Assembly: GCA_045617705.1 (NCBI GenBank)
Contig: JAZLJE010000212.1
Location: 1-35,971 of the forward strand
Direction of reading: 5' to 3'
Length of the DNA stretch: 35,971 nt
Origin: Ruminococcus sp.
GTDB taxonomy: Bacteria; Bacillota; Clostridia; Oscillospirales; Acutalibacteraceae
Below are positions 11,201 to 19,382 of this stretch, in pieces. Under the pieces are notes generated by a model. That model was not told where the DNA came from and made no database searches. It saw nothing but the letters and a program-made list of their open reading frames with translations. How positions within the stretch are numbered: the first letter of the stretch is position 1; the number at the start of each line of letters is the position of its first letter. A program made the position numbers and the translations under genes.

Positions 11201-11664
11201 GATATATTACTTTCTAATTCTTTTGCACTTATATTAGCATTTCCGAATATGGTAGCAGAGCCGATTTCTTTAACAGTCTTCGCTATTAGCAAAATCATAG
11301 CACGGGGAGATAGCAACGCTCTACCTGCCAAACCTGCACCGTCTACAAAGCGATTAAAAGACTTTTGACTATCTGCGTCAAAATTTGCCATTTCTATTCT
11401 TGTATCGGATACACTACTACTTACACTATCCACAGATTTTACGGCTTGTTCTGTGCCTTTTGTATCAACATTGACGGTTGTAGGCTTTGACAAACTCTCT
11501 TTTTGACTTTCTATTTTGCTGATGTCAGCCTTTGCCTGTTCTGTGCCTTTTGTCTGCACTTCAAATGTGGTAGTCTTTGATATTTCTTTTTTCAAATCTT
11601 CAGCATCAGCCTTTATACCCTCTGTATTTAATTGTGCTTCAAAGATAATTGTTCCGTCAGCCAT
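8215..11664 (-). CDS. Tape measure protein
   Basis: About 1150 aa, helical, with W-spaced repeats and LASFDKLNVL and VPKLATG...PEVVSP motifs; start refined to MADG at 11664. Confidence 0.9.
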   Translation of the reverse strand: MADGTIIFEAQLNTEGIKADAEDLKKEISKTTTFEVQTKGTEQAKADISKIESQKESLSKPTTVNVDTKGTEQAVKSVDSVSSSVSDTRIEMANFDADSQKSFNRFVDGAGLAGRALLSPRAMILLIAKTVKEIGSATIFGNANISAKELESNISSLNNKISITSANIEKQKAKLLSYAEEQEAITKKLNKVAPVVDGERIVSYKARPQYEELIAQENAINVKKKEANLILDKQTIKLKEQQAQLKIQKVQQEQLLALEKKKNMAKSLALSLGIMLGIDLAIKGISALIEKIKKQREEMLKNLKKIGEYLGKTLLNIVEGIFTLSVNRIKQIVSTISSLSSTLGSFISDLLEIKGTSFVDFMTSANDETSKWAILLTEVKTRWQLLSATVGKSLQNVFYPFLEIMNYALKILQEIAGYVAQITSAIFGDSSSLAKGLDGVSLSSDNANDSLSDLNDTLDETKNGLASFDKLNVLNQQETKSVDTTKGLQQSVSLAIKNIAGTSLITKIKEAIRRGDWFSVGEEIGNSISNALAKINWTNIKAKLKNIAENLADILNGFIKGTNWKVVGKSIAEAINTYLNTANTFLETFDFYGFGEAIAQAFVSWLNSVNPKEYGRYIANLINMIIKSSAGFVSKFTKEGGWKALGEAIVDGVNTLITNLKVTEFVDAVSETISGIMQTVITIATTTVDENGTTLFQSIGKALGTAFKRFIDNLDPKEVAETIKSIITAIVDLIRNFFESVGDVNEWKKVGSKVGDVISGVLSDEAFVNNILNTIKVVTEDITALIEGFLESETVDWGRLAEIWLGVQNGYEGIKKKVDDVVWKIKENLGETWYQKLGKILIGDNGESTIKGIGVGSTVTSMLQVLFDQLFGNEETAVKETAPKAKAIGEGVGGNVKEGFKTAVKLDKSVDEVLAGDGYETAGQGLGKQFNEGFIDNATKEKINGKTVVTFDAVTNSFKNGQLLGNSLKEGLLRAVKDIPTLLSDVFKNAWDRVKKVFSDRRGVGSILYSVEDTFRIIINQLIDGLNNTLDIAFSDLNRAFDNLRNWTLNGRRPFNNLPYMSAPYVPKLATGMYIPANYGSFLAELGDNRREPEVVSPISAIKQAVKEVAGTGSIDLHIYLDSKEVFNSVVDRNNEFISTHGYSALAKR

Positions 11665-11665
11665 A

Positions 11666-12262
11666 TTAACCACCTAAATATTGTCTTACTAATCTTTCTT
11701 CTTCTTCTAACTCTCGCTGTTCTTCTTCACTTAACTTTTGCTTTATCTCAATAATTCCTTTATATTCGTTATACATTTGTCTATCATATTTATCCATTTT
11801 TCCCTTTGCTTTCTTCTGCCGTAAATTCATAACAGTTGAAAACATCGTGTCTTGTGGTGCATTTTGTAAATATCCTAAAAATGTCCACCAATGTAAATAA
11901 GGCAACTCTCTAACTTCTGTTTTTATTAAAACATTTATCGCGGGAAAAATCAAGTTAGCGTCTTGTTCAAAATCTATAACTTTTATATTATTTTTTTTCA
12001 ATTTATAGTTGTCCCCACCGTCAAGAAACCATATCGCTTTTCTTAATGCTTCTTCTGTATTTTCGGGGATTTTAGCAACCCATTTGCCGTCTATTCTCTC
12101 GCCATATAAATTATATAAACAAGAATAAACTTTTCCGAGTTGCTCATCATCACAACCCCATTTATCAGCAAAATCTATATTTATTTTATATGCTGTCCGA
12201 AAATCGCTGTCAATAGGGTATTCAACACCGTCAACTTCTAATGTTTTAGGTAAATCTATCAT
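11666..12262 (-). CDS. Tail assembly chaperone, A118 gp15-like
   Basis: YPIDSDFR, DFEQDA and YLHWWTF motifs; lies before the tape measure gene. Confidence 0.8.
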   Translation of the reverse strand: MIDLPKTLEVDGVEYPIDSDFRTAYKINIDFADKWGCDDEQLGKVYSCLYNLYGERIDGKWVAKIPENTEEALRKAIWFLDGGDNYKLKKNNIKVIDFEQDANLIFPAINVLIKTEVRELPYLHWWTFLGYLQNAPQDTMFSTVMNLRQKKAKGKMDKYDRQMYNEYKGIIEIKQKLSEEEQRELEEEERLVRQYLGG

Positions 12263-12648
12263 TTTTTCAATCTCTTGTTTAGTTCTTTGGAGAATTTTTC
12301 AAAACTTTTTGATGTGCTTTGCGAAAATTCTTTCATCATACCTTGCAAAAGATTTAGGAACAACACCGAGCCGTTCTGTGTCGTAGTCCAACAATTTGTA
12401 TTTCCAAATGCACATTCGCTGACAGGTGCATTGTATATATAATCAATTATTTTTCTTGTTTCTCTGTCTAAATCTTCAATAACTGTTTCTGTATCTTGTC
12501 CGTACTTTTCAATCATTTCATTAAATTTTTCTTCGCTTTCTTTTAATCGCTTGTCAATATTAAAGTCAGTAATACAGATTGCTACTTCTTTTTCTCCACC
12601 ATTGAAATTATATGTTTTTACTCCATTGTCAAAACTAATATTAGCCAT
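12259..12648 (-). CDS. Tail assembly chaperone (gpG-like)
   Basis: Lies between the major tail and gp15-like genes; GGAGG RBS. Confidence 0.65.
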   Translation of the reverse strand: MANISFDNGVKTYNFNGGEKEVAICITDFNIDKRLKESEEKFNEMIEKYGQDTETVIEDLDRETRKIIDYIYNAPVSECAFGNTNCWTTTQNGSVLFLNLLQGMMKEFSQSTSKSFEKFSKELNKRLKK

Positions 12649-12673
12649 AAAAAAACCTCCATTATTTTAATTA

Positions 12674-12702
12674 AAGGGGAGAAAGGCATACTCTCTCCCC
12701 TT
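12674..12702 (-). terminator. Hairpin/terminator after the major tail gene
   Basis: AAGGGGAGAGAG-TATGC-CTTTCTCCCCTT stem, followed by TAATT. Confidence 0.65.
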
Positions 12703-12707
12703 GTGAA

Positions 12708-13211
12708 TTATGTTGCAGGTGTAAATGTAGGTATCCAACCCGATAATGCGGCTGTACCTTTTGTAATTGCACCGTTCTGTGTGATTGTGAAAGGTATGTT
12801 AAAGCCCGAAGTGTCGCCACCATAACTCTCAACAGATACCATTACTTTGGATTTCAACGCTGTGTGTGATGTGTCAGTAAGGTCATCAATCCAAACTTCA
12901 AGGATTTCTGTATTCAAATCCGAGCCTGTTTTTCTTTCAGAAATTATGCCTTTGAGTTTAGCATACAAGTTGTCACCGTCGGCAGCGTAAAATGTGTCAA
13001 CACTAAATGTAGGCTCATAACCGTTATCAACACTCTTTGTTTCGTCAAGTATGTTTTTTGTAGTTTCTACATCGTGATTGAGTTCCATAGACGCTTCCTC
13101 AATATCGTCACCAATTCTCTGCCAAACAGGAGTTGCAGGGGTTGTTGCGTCAACATCAAAATTAGTGTTGATATAAAGGGCATAATAACTTCTCTTGAGT
13201 TTTGTTGCCAT
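12708..13211 (-). CDS. Major tail tube protein
   Basis: WQRIGDDIEE...TKNILDE and VESYGGD...NIPF motifs; 167 aa. Confidence 0.8.
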   Translation of the reverse strand: MATKLKRSYYALYINTNFDVDATTPATPVWQRIGDDIEEASMELNHDVETTKNILDETKSVDNGYEPTFSVDTFYAADGDNLYAKLKGIISERKTGSDLNTEILEVWIDDLTDTSHTALKSKVMVSVESYGGDTSGFNIPFTITQNGAITKGTAALSGWIPTFTPAT

Positions 13212-13212
13212 A

Positions 13213-13650
13213 TTATCTCTCCTTATATTGTGCTATAATTTGTAAATTGTATTGTACGCCGTTCGTCATTTCCTCATTTGGAACTGCGAACACCATACCG
13301 TTTGCACAGGTTATCTTTTCTAACACTCCGCTTTTTGTCTGTCCGTTGTACTCAATCTCAACTTCTTGACCGTTTGCGTAATGCTCTAAATAATACTGTA
13401 ACCGAAGTATTATTCCTGTGTTAGATAGCCTGTCATAATCGTTTATGCTTTGGTATAAAGCATATAATTGAAATGTGTGTTGTCGTGTTTCTTTCCCTAT
13501 AATATCCGTCTTAATAAGATTATCACCGACAGGAGATAAACCGTAAGATGTCGCGGTATCTTCGTTAAAATCTATGTGGATTTCATTTACGACTTGCGAT
13601 ATTTCGGGAAAACTCAATAATGCGTTTTTAACTAATTCAACGATATTCAT
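13213..13650 (-). CDS. Tail terminator / completion protein
   Basis: Position in the module; C-terminal YNLQIIAQY. Confidence 0.65.
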   Translation of the reverse strand: MNIVELVKNALLSFPEISQVVNEIHIDFNEDTATSYGLSPVGDNLIKTDIIGKETRQHTFQLYALYQSINDYDRLSNTGIILRLQYYLEHYANGQEVEIEYNGQTKSGVLEKITCANGMVFAVPNEEMTNGVQYNLQIIAQYKER

Positions 13651-14087
13651 TTGATTTCCTCGCTTACTTCTCTTGCTATGTCGTTTGCTTCTGCCTTTGC
13701 CATTCTCTCAAACCAATGTGAGCCAACCAAAGCACCGCCTGTGTGATACTGTAATTTTCGTTCTGTTGGGTGTTTCTTTTTCGGTGAATACCAACCAACT
13801 ATTACTCCATTTCTCTTTATCGGGTAAGACGGAGCATAAACCCTGCCATAATAAAGATAACGAGCATACGGAGCAAAAGTACCGCCTTGTATTATCTTTC
13901 CGCTACCTATTGTAGTTTGATAATACATACTGTCCCTTAATCGCCCTGTATCAACAGGCATATACTTTTCCGACCTTTGCATAATCTTTTTATCAATTAA
14001 AGGCTGTGCAATTTGCCTTTGCCTTGATAAATCGGAAAGTAACCTCACATCTCTAATGTGAATTTTTAGTCTTCCTACATTAGTCAC
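13647..14087 (-). CDS. Neck / minor capsid protein (A118-type)
   Basis: YMPVDTGRL, PYARYLYYG and GSHWFERM motifs; GTG start at 14087 after a GAGGT RBS. Confidence 0.75.
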   Translation of the reverse strand: MTNVGRLKIHIRDVRLLSDLSRQRQIAQPLIDKKIMQRSEKYMPVDTGRLRDSMYYQTTIGSGKIIQGGTFAPYARYLYYGRVYAPSYPIKRNGVIVGWYSPKKKHPTERKLQYHTGGALVGSHWFERMAKAEANDIAREVSEEIK

Positions 14088-14415
14088 AAATAACCTCAAA
14101 ATGCGGTAAATTACCGAACCAATAATTTTGAACTGTTTTAACTGTAACAAAATTGTTACCAAATTCTTTCATTGATTGAGATACGGTTTGTTGAGAAGTG
14201 TTATCAAATTCAAAAGAACAATTACCTCTAACAAGTAAATCCTGTGGCTTTATATCGGTTTTCTCATAGATATATACATTAGTGGTCTTTGTTGTCATCG
14301 CTCCGCTTTGTCTTTCGGTCTTGTTCCTTGTACCTTGCCAATAAACATCTGGGATAAATGACCTCACATATCCGTCACCGACTTTTGAATATAAAGTACA
14401 GTCTGCATTATACAT
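14080..14415 (-). CDS. Head closure protein
   Basis: MYNADCTLY...IKPQDLLVRG...LPHFEV; position. Confidence 0.65.
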   Translation of the reverse strand: MYNADCTLYSKVGDGYVRSFIPDVYWQGTRNKTERQSGAMTTKTTNVYIYEKTDIKPQDLLVRGNCSFEFDNTSQQTVSQSMKEFGNNFVTVKTVQNYWFGNLPHFEVICD

Positions 14416-14755
14416 CTCGCACCCCACAATACAGAAGTCCTGTTTTACCGAGCCACTTATTGATTATCGTTTGAATATTTCTGCTGTAATTGTCAGTTTG
14501 CTCCGTCTGTGAGCCATAGGATTTACTCCAACCACCCACACTTTCCGAAACAACACCACCTATTTTTTGATTATCATACATCAAATCGCATAATTCACAA
14601 CAACACATTTTCATTTCCAAAGTTTCACAAGAGGGCTGGTAAATTTGTGCGTTAATTTCTGCTGTTGCCCTCTCGCTCAATCCTTTGAATTTGTCTTGTG
14701 GCACTTTACCGCCACCGTAATTATTTAGATAAAAAGAATAGTTGCAAAGTGCCAT
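14408..14755 (-). CDS. Head-tail connector / adaptor
   Basis: SESVGGWSKSY and TGLLYCG motifs. Confidence 0.75.
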   Translation of the reverse strand: MALCNYSFYLNNYGGGKVPQDKFKGLSERATAEINAQIYQPSCETLEMKMCCCELCDLMYDNQKIGGVVSESVGGWSKSYGSQTEQTDNYSRNIQTIINKWLGKTGLLYCGVRDV

Positions 14756-14759
14756 AATA

Positions 14760-14807
14760 TTACTTCTTTCTGCCTTTTTTCTTTTTCCCTGCGTTTACTA
14801 CTACCAT
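14760..14807 (-). CDS. Putative 15-aa basic micropeptide MVVVNAGKKKKGRKK
   Basis: GGAGG RBS 7 nt before ATG 14807; fills the gap before the connector gene. Confidence 0.45.
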   Translation of the reverse strand: MVVVNAGKKKKGRKK

Positions 14808-14808
14808 A

Positions 14809-15180
14809 TTATTCCTCCGCAAGTGTTAAATTTAAGGCGAACTGTTTTGTTAAGGTTTCATCGCCAAGTGTGGCAACAAATTTAACCGCTGTGTTTTCAG
14901 AAATATAGCCTATTGAAATACCGTCACTATCTAATTCGACAGCCCCTGTGCCACCGACTATTTCAACGGTAACTGTGTCAGCGTTGCTTTCTGTGTGTAA
15001 TGCCAAATAATGTCCGCTTTGTTTAGAAACATCGCCACTAAATCCTGTGTAGCCTGTGACATAATTCAATGTGCCTGTTATTTCATCTTCACCGATTTCT
15101 ATATCACCCTGTAATTCATCTACTGTCTTACCGAATAAATCTCCTGTCAGCCCATCGGTATTAACTGACAGGGTTATGAG
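14809..15180 (-). CDS. -1 frameshift C-terminal extension of the major capsid protein (decoration / Ig-like domain)
   Basis: The track ORF 14809-15069 stays open upstream to the slippery site (LITLSVNTDGLTGDLFGKTVDELQG...) and has no convincing start of its own. Confidence 0.8.
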   Translation of the reverse strand, partial: LITLSVNTDGLTGDLFGKTVDELQGDIEIGEDEITGTLNYVTGYTGFSGDVSKQSGHYLALHTESNADTVTVEIVGGTGAVELDSDGISIGYISENTAVKFVATLGDETLTKQFALNLTLAEE

Positions 15181-15186
15181 TTTTTT
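15129..15186 (-). promoter_or_regulatory. -1 ribosomal frameshift signal: A AAA AAC plus H-type pseudoknot
   Basis: Heptamer 15186-15180; stem 1 CCTGTCAG/CTGACAGG; stem 2 TACCGA/TCGGTA. Confidence 0.85.
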
Positions 15187-16334
15187 ACATCAGCGGTAAA
15201 CGAACCCTGTGCAAGAGCCTGTCCTGTGCTGTCTGCTTCAATCAAATAATAAGTTGAGCCGTCTGTAAGTCCCGATACTTCGGAAACTCCGTCCCATTTT
15301 GTTTCTTTTGAAACATCATCAAGGAACGACTTTGAGGAAGAAGAAATGTAATAACGGTCAGCAGGGTTTATCTTATCTTCGGTAACTGTCAATGCTGTGT
15401 TACCTACTGTTGTACCTTCTGCGGATGTTACGGTCAATGAGCCGATAGAACTTTCAGCACTTTCAATGTCGACTACTGCGATACCGTCAAGCAACTCTGC
15501 AAAAAGTGTAAGACCAAGAATAGCGAAAATTTCACTTGAAAATGTGGAATAATCACCTTGCTCCCATACACCAATCAAATTTGTTACATTGTCTGTTGTG
15601 AACACAAGACCTGCCTTTGCAAATTCTGTATTAGCAGGATTTACAAAATAAGCGTTCAAGTTTTCAACAGGTGTAGCAATTACTCTGCCCCTTTGGATAT
15701 ACTTGTCGGGAAGCAAGAACAATGTTTTATAACCCATAAAGTTTTCAACATAGTCAATGCCGTACTGTGTCTGTGTTGTTATGCTTGCTTTTGCTAAATA
15801 ATCTGTTGCGTCAAGAATATTCGCAAAGCCTACTACTTCTGTGTAGTCAAGGTCAAGCGACATAAATTTGTCAATTACGAAACCTTTTGCGTATGCGACT
15901 GCACTCTGCCAATCGGTTTTAACAGAATAAAGACCGCCTGCGTTCAAGCCTGCATAGAATTTGCTTGTTACTTTGTTTACAAGTTTTACAAGGAGTGCGT
16001 CATCGGTTTTGCCGATAGCAACATCATAACCATATTTTGAGATACTTTCGCCTGTTGTTCCTTTGGAATACTTCTCAATAGTAACATCTTCTACTAATTC
16101 CTCTGCAACTTGTGCCAAAGAATAAGGAATTTCCTCACCCTCTGCAACTGAATTTTCGAGGTCAACAGAAGCAATAATTTTTCTTAATCTTGTTCCGTTT
16201 TCTTTCTCAATAGGTCTTGAAATACCTAAAATATCCATAAGAGCCTGAAAACGCATACCGAAACGGTTTACAAAGTCAATAACTCTTACAGAAGCGTCAA
16301 TGTTTGTTGTTTTTGTGATGTTTTGTTTAGCCAT
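15174..16334 (-). CDS. Major capsid protein with C-terminal Ig-like segment
   Basis: Follows the scaffold gene; VAEGEEIP motif; C-terminal LTVTSAEGTTVGNT beta domain. Confidence 0.85.
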   Translation of the reverse strand: MAKQNITKTTNIDASVRVIDFVNRFGMRFQALMDILGISRPIEKENGTRLRKIIASVDLENSVAEGEEIPYSLAQVAEELVEDVTIEKYSKGTTGESISKYGYDVAIGKTDDALLVKLVNKVTSKFYAGLNAGGLYSVKTDWQSAVAYAKGFVIDKFMSLDLDYTEVVGFANILDATDYLAKASITTQTQYGIDYVENFMGYKTLFLLPDKYIQRGRVIATPVENLNAYFVNPANTEFAKAGLVFTTDNVTNLIGVWEQGDYSTFSSEIFAILGLTLFAELLDGIAVVDIESAESSIGSLTVTSAEGTTVGNTALTVTEDKINPADRYYISSSSKSFLDDVSKETKWDGVSEVSGLTDGSTYYLIEADSTGQALAQGSFTADVKNS

Positions 16335-16347
16335 TTTTACTGTCCTT

Positions 16348-16941
16348 TCATTGTGGTATTAAATCGCGGTGTGCTTCAATCAATTCTTGCCTTTCTTTGC
16401 TATCTTTCGTAGCCATAATCTGTTTCCAAGTCAATTTTTCACCGCTTTTTTGTGTCTGTGTAACTGCCACCGCTGTTTTTATCGGCTCATCATCAAATAA
16501 ATATTTCTTTTCGCCTTTTACTGCGTCAATCTGTGATTTCAAATCAGCCTCACGATTTACGCTTTCTTTTAAGGCTTTAATATCCAAATGTGCCTTTAAT
16601 GCTGTTGTGTCAATCGTGCCACTATCCCTCAAACCTTTTTCGAGAAAACTGTCAAACTCAACATCTTTCAATTTTGCTTGATAATCTTTCTCTTGTGCTT
16701 GTAGTTTTTCGTTTAGTGCCTTAATTTGACCGTTCAATTCTTCGGGGTTTATTCCCTCAAACTGTTTCAGCATTTCTGTTGCGGTGCTGTACTGTTCTTT
16801 TAGTTTGTCTTTCTCCGCTTTAATCTTCGCAACTTCATTTACCGTCTTGTAATTCTCATTAAAAGATTTCATAAAATCGCTTTTGTTGTCTTCGGGGATT
16901 TCCAAACCAAAATTTGCCAAAATTGTTTCAATGTTTTGCAT
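16348..16941 (-). CDS. Capsid scaffolding protein (Gp20-type)
   Basis: Coiled coil with a KYLF motif, just before the capsid gene. Confidence 0.8.
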   Translation of the reverse strand: MQNIETILANFGLEIPEDNKSDFMKSFNENYKTVNEVAKIKAEKDKLKEQYSTATEMLKQFEGINPEELNGQIKALNEKLQAQEKDYQAKLKDVEFDSFLEKGLRDSGTIDTTALKAHLDIKALKESVNREADLKSQIDAVKGEKKYLFDDEPIKTAVAVTQTQKSGEKLTWKQIMATKDSKERQELIEAHRDLIPQ

Positions 16942-17029
16942 AGTATTTCCTTTCTACATCTCTTATATACCGTCTGTCAACGGTGATTGAAAGTAAGCCG
17001 ATAAACTTCGGCAAGTAATATTAAAAGGA

Positions 17030-17191
17030 TTACTCCTTTACTGACTTTTTAGGCTTTTTGCTTCTTACGGCATAACCGTTATAAATGAGAAATTGTCCTC
17101 GTTTTTCATCAACTTCATAAATGTCGCCAACTTCTCTTATTTTTTTATCATTCTTCAAATCTGAAAATCTTTGTGTTACTTCTATAAACAT
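17030..17191 (-). CDS. Small head-region protein, 53 aa (MFIEVTQRFSDLKNDKKIREVGDIYEV...); not in ORF track
   Basis: TAATG coupling to the upstream gene; RxxGDxxEVxxxRxxxL pattern common in phage head modules. Confidence 0.7.
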   Translation of the reverse strand: MFIEVTQRFSDLKNDKKIREVGDIYEVDEKRGQFLIYNGYAVRSKKPKKSVKE

Positions 17192-18090
17192 TATTCTAAC
17201 CTTTCTTTCTGCATAGGGACTTTAACTCCATTAGAAAAATCAATGTATTCTTGCATTGTCTTTCTGTATCTCGCTTCAATCGGTAAAGTGTCTTTCCCTA
17301 TTACTTTATAAACTTGAATTTTTTGTTTTTGTTTTCTTATCCTGTTTTCGAACTGCCTTTGTTTCTGTGTCGCTTGATAATAGGTGTATTCTACTCCGTT
17401 GTGTTCTCTTAACCTGTCCTGCTCCATTTTCATTTCTTCGGTGATATTCCACCGCCTTACTCCATTAAAGGGAACATAGAAGTGATAACAATTTACGCCG
17501 AGTAATCCATCAACTTCACCCAAGCCACATATTCTCACAAGCCCTGCATAGTCATAAATGCCACCTTGCCACACTTGATGTGTCGGTCTTGCTCCTAAAT
17601 GCCATTCAACCTCATACAATCCTGTCTGTGCTATGTCATTACCCGACACTACTATATCTCTTACTAAACTTTGTAATTCATTTCGTGTCGCTGTTGTTAT
17701 CCTCTCGCCGTCTTGTGTCCTCATACCACCTTGCACCAAAACATCGGTATAATCATAAGACAAACTGTTTATAATTTCCCTTGCCTGTTCAAATGTCCGA
17801 AACTGCCCTTGTAGGTAAAATCCACTATTTGTAAGAATTTTATCAATATTTATGTATCTAAAATCATATTGTGTTAAATCTTCATATTCGGATATACTCT
17901 CTATATCTAATATGCTAAAAAACAACTCCGCAACTATGATTTTATATAATGCGTCTTGTTTTTTCTGTAAATCTTTCTTTAACTGTTCCTCATTCCGCTT
18001 GTCTGTTCCTTTGAGTAAATCAATAATCGCCATTGTTTCGTATGCTCTTACTAAATTCTCAATTCCAAGTGTTAAATGTTCTATGTTCAT
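17191..18090 (-). CDS. Minor capsid / head morphogenesis protein
   Basis: HLGARPTHQVWQG, GLLGVNCYH and ATQKQRQFE motifs. Confidence 0.85.
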   Translation of the reverse strand: MNIEHLTLGIENLVRAYETMAIIDLLKGTDKRNEEQLKKDLQKKQDALYKIIVAELFFSILDIESISEYEDLTQYDFRYINIDKILTNSGFYLQGQFRTFEQAREIINSLSYDYTDVLVQGGMRTQDGERITTATRNELQSLVRDIVVSGNDIAQTGLYEVEWHLGARPTHQVWQGGIYDYAGLVRICGLGEVDGLLGVNCYHFYVPFNGVRRWNITEEMKMEQDRLREHNGVEYTYYQATQKQRQFENRIRKQKQKIQVYKVIGKDTLPIEARYRKTMQEYIDFSNGVKVPMQKERLE

Positions 18091-19382
18091 TCAATATCAA
18101 CAACTTGCGGTAAATTTGCTTTCGCGGTTTCTATATCTTCACCATACCATTTAGCCCTGTATTCTTCGGGCTTCATTATTCCACTTGCAATATCTTTTCT
18201 GTCGTTTTCTCTTTCTGTTTCTTCATCTGTAAGAATACTATCTCTAAAATTCAAAACAAACTCATAAGATAACGCCATTTCATTATAAAATGCCAAAGCA
18301 TATACTAAATCTTCTAAACAATATCTTAACTGTTCTTGTATAGAAGAAATAGTGTTGTATTTTCTTTCTTTGCTTGCCTTAATCTCTGTGGCTGTTTTTG
18401 CAACATAAGTCGGGTTAGACAAATCTCCATAAGACAACCCGCAATTAAATTCAATTATTCTCTTGATTTCTTCCAATCCGTTTATAATATTGTCATCTCT
18501 AAACGCAGGAGAAAAGTCTTTATAAAGGTCGCCACCATTTTTATCTTCGTATGCTAAACCTCTATATAATCTCTCATTTAACTTGTCGGCTATTTTCTTA
18601 AATGCCCTATCGGAAATGTGTATCGCTCTTTCGCCACTCTCAAATTCCCACTCCAACCGTGACATTTGCACATCGGCTTTCAATATCCACTCTTTCGCTG
18701 TGTCGTACATTGATACGCCTATATTATCCGAATAGATAGGATTTACATAATATCCGAAGTCCATTCTGTTCATACCTCTGTATAAAATAGACGGCTCTAT
18801 GTCCCAAAAATCAACTGTATTTATATCAATCTCATTTCCTATGTTCCCTTTTGTTGACGATACAAATACTCTGTTAGTAATTTCAAGCCCCTGTTCGGTG
18901 AGCCTGTGTCTTTCAAATCTTGTATAAAATCTATCTTCTTGTTTCTGCTCAACAAAGACAACATCGGTTATCCTGCCGTTATAGTCATACTCAATCGGGA
19001 AATAGTTTCCTTGCGATATGTACTCAACCTCATTCGTGGAAATAGGTTTGATAATGAAACCGCCTAACGCTAAACCAATTTGTAAGCCTTGCGGTAACTT
19101 CCTTATTGCCTTTTTAAAGATAACATCTAATTCTTCGTTAGTCAAGGTGTATTCCATTTCGTTAAGGCACACAGACGAAAACTCACGGCAAATGTCTTTT
19201 TCTAATCTCAACGACTTTACATATTTGTCATTTTCCCAAGCCTTGCCCTCATACATTGTCGACCAAGTGCATATCTTCGCCCTGTCATCAGCGGTCAACA
19301 CACTATTAACTTCATACAATTTGTCAATGTTTGGAGAAAAAAAGTCTTTTATCATATTCATCGCCCTTGTTATAAAGTTCAT
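18087..19382 (-). CDS. Portal protein, A118-type
   Basis: After terL; KTATEI and EYRAKWYGE motifs. Confidence 0.85.
   Translation of the reverse strand: MNFITRAMNMIKDFFSPNIDKLYEVNSVLTADDRAKICTWSTMYEGKAWENDKYVKSLRLEKDICREFSSVCLNEMEYTLTNEELDVIFKKAIRKLPQGLQIGLALGGFIIKPISTNEVEYISQGNYFPIEYDYNGRITDVVFVEQKQEDRFYTRFERHRLTEQGLEITNRVFVSSTKGNIGNEIDINTVDFWDIEPSILYRGMNRMDFGYYVNPIYSDNIGVSMYDTAKEWILKADVQMSRLEWEFESGERAIHISDRAFKKIADKLNERLYRGLAYEDKNGGDLYKDFSPAFRDDNIINGLEEIKRIIEFNCGLSYGDLSNPTYVAKTATEIKASKERKYNTISSIQEQLRYCLEDLVYALAFYNEMALSYEFVLNFRDSILTDEETERENDRKDIASGIMKPEEYRAKWYGEDIETAKANLPQVVDIE

Noticed and set aside
17030-17191. Frameshift in the A run of the small head gene
   Set aside because: The run is 7 nt and the ORF is intact in one frame.
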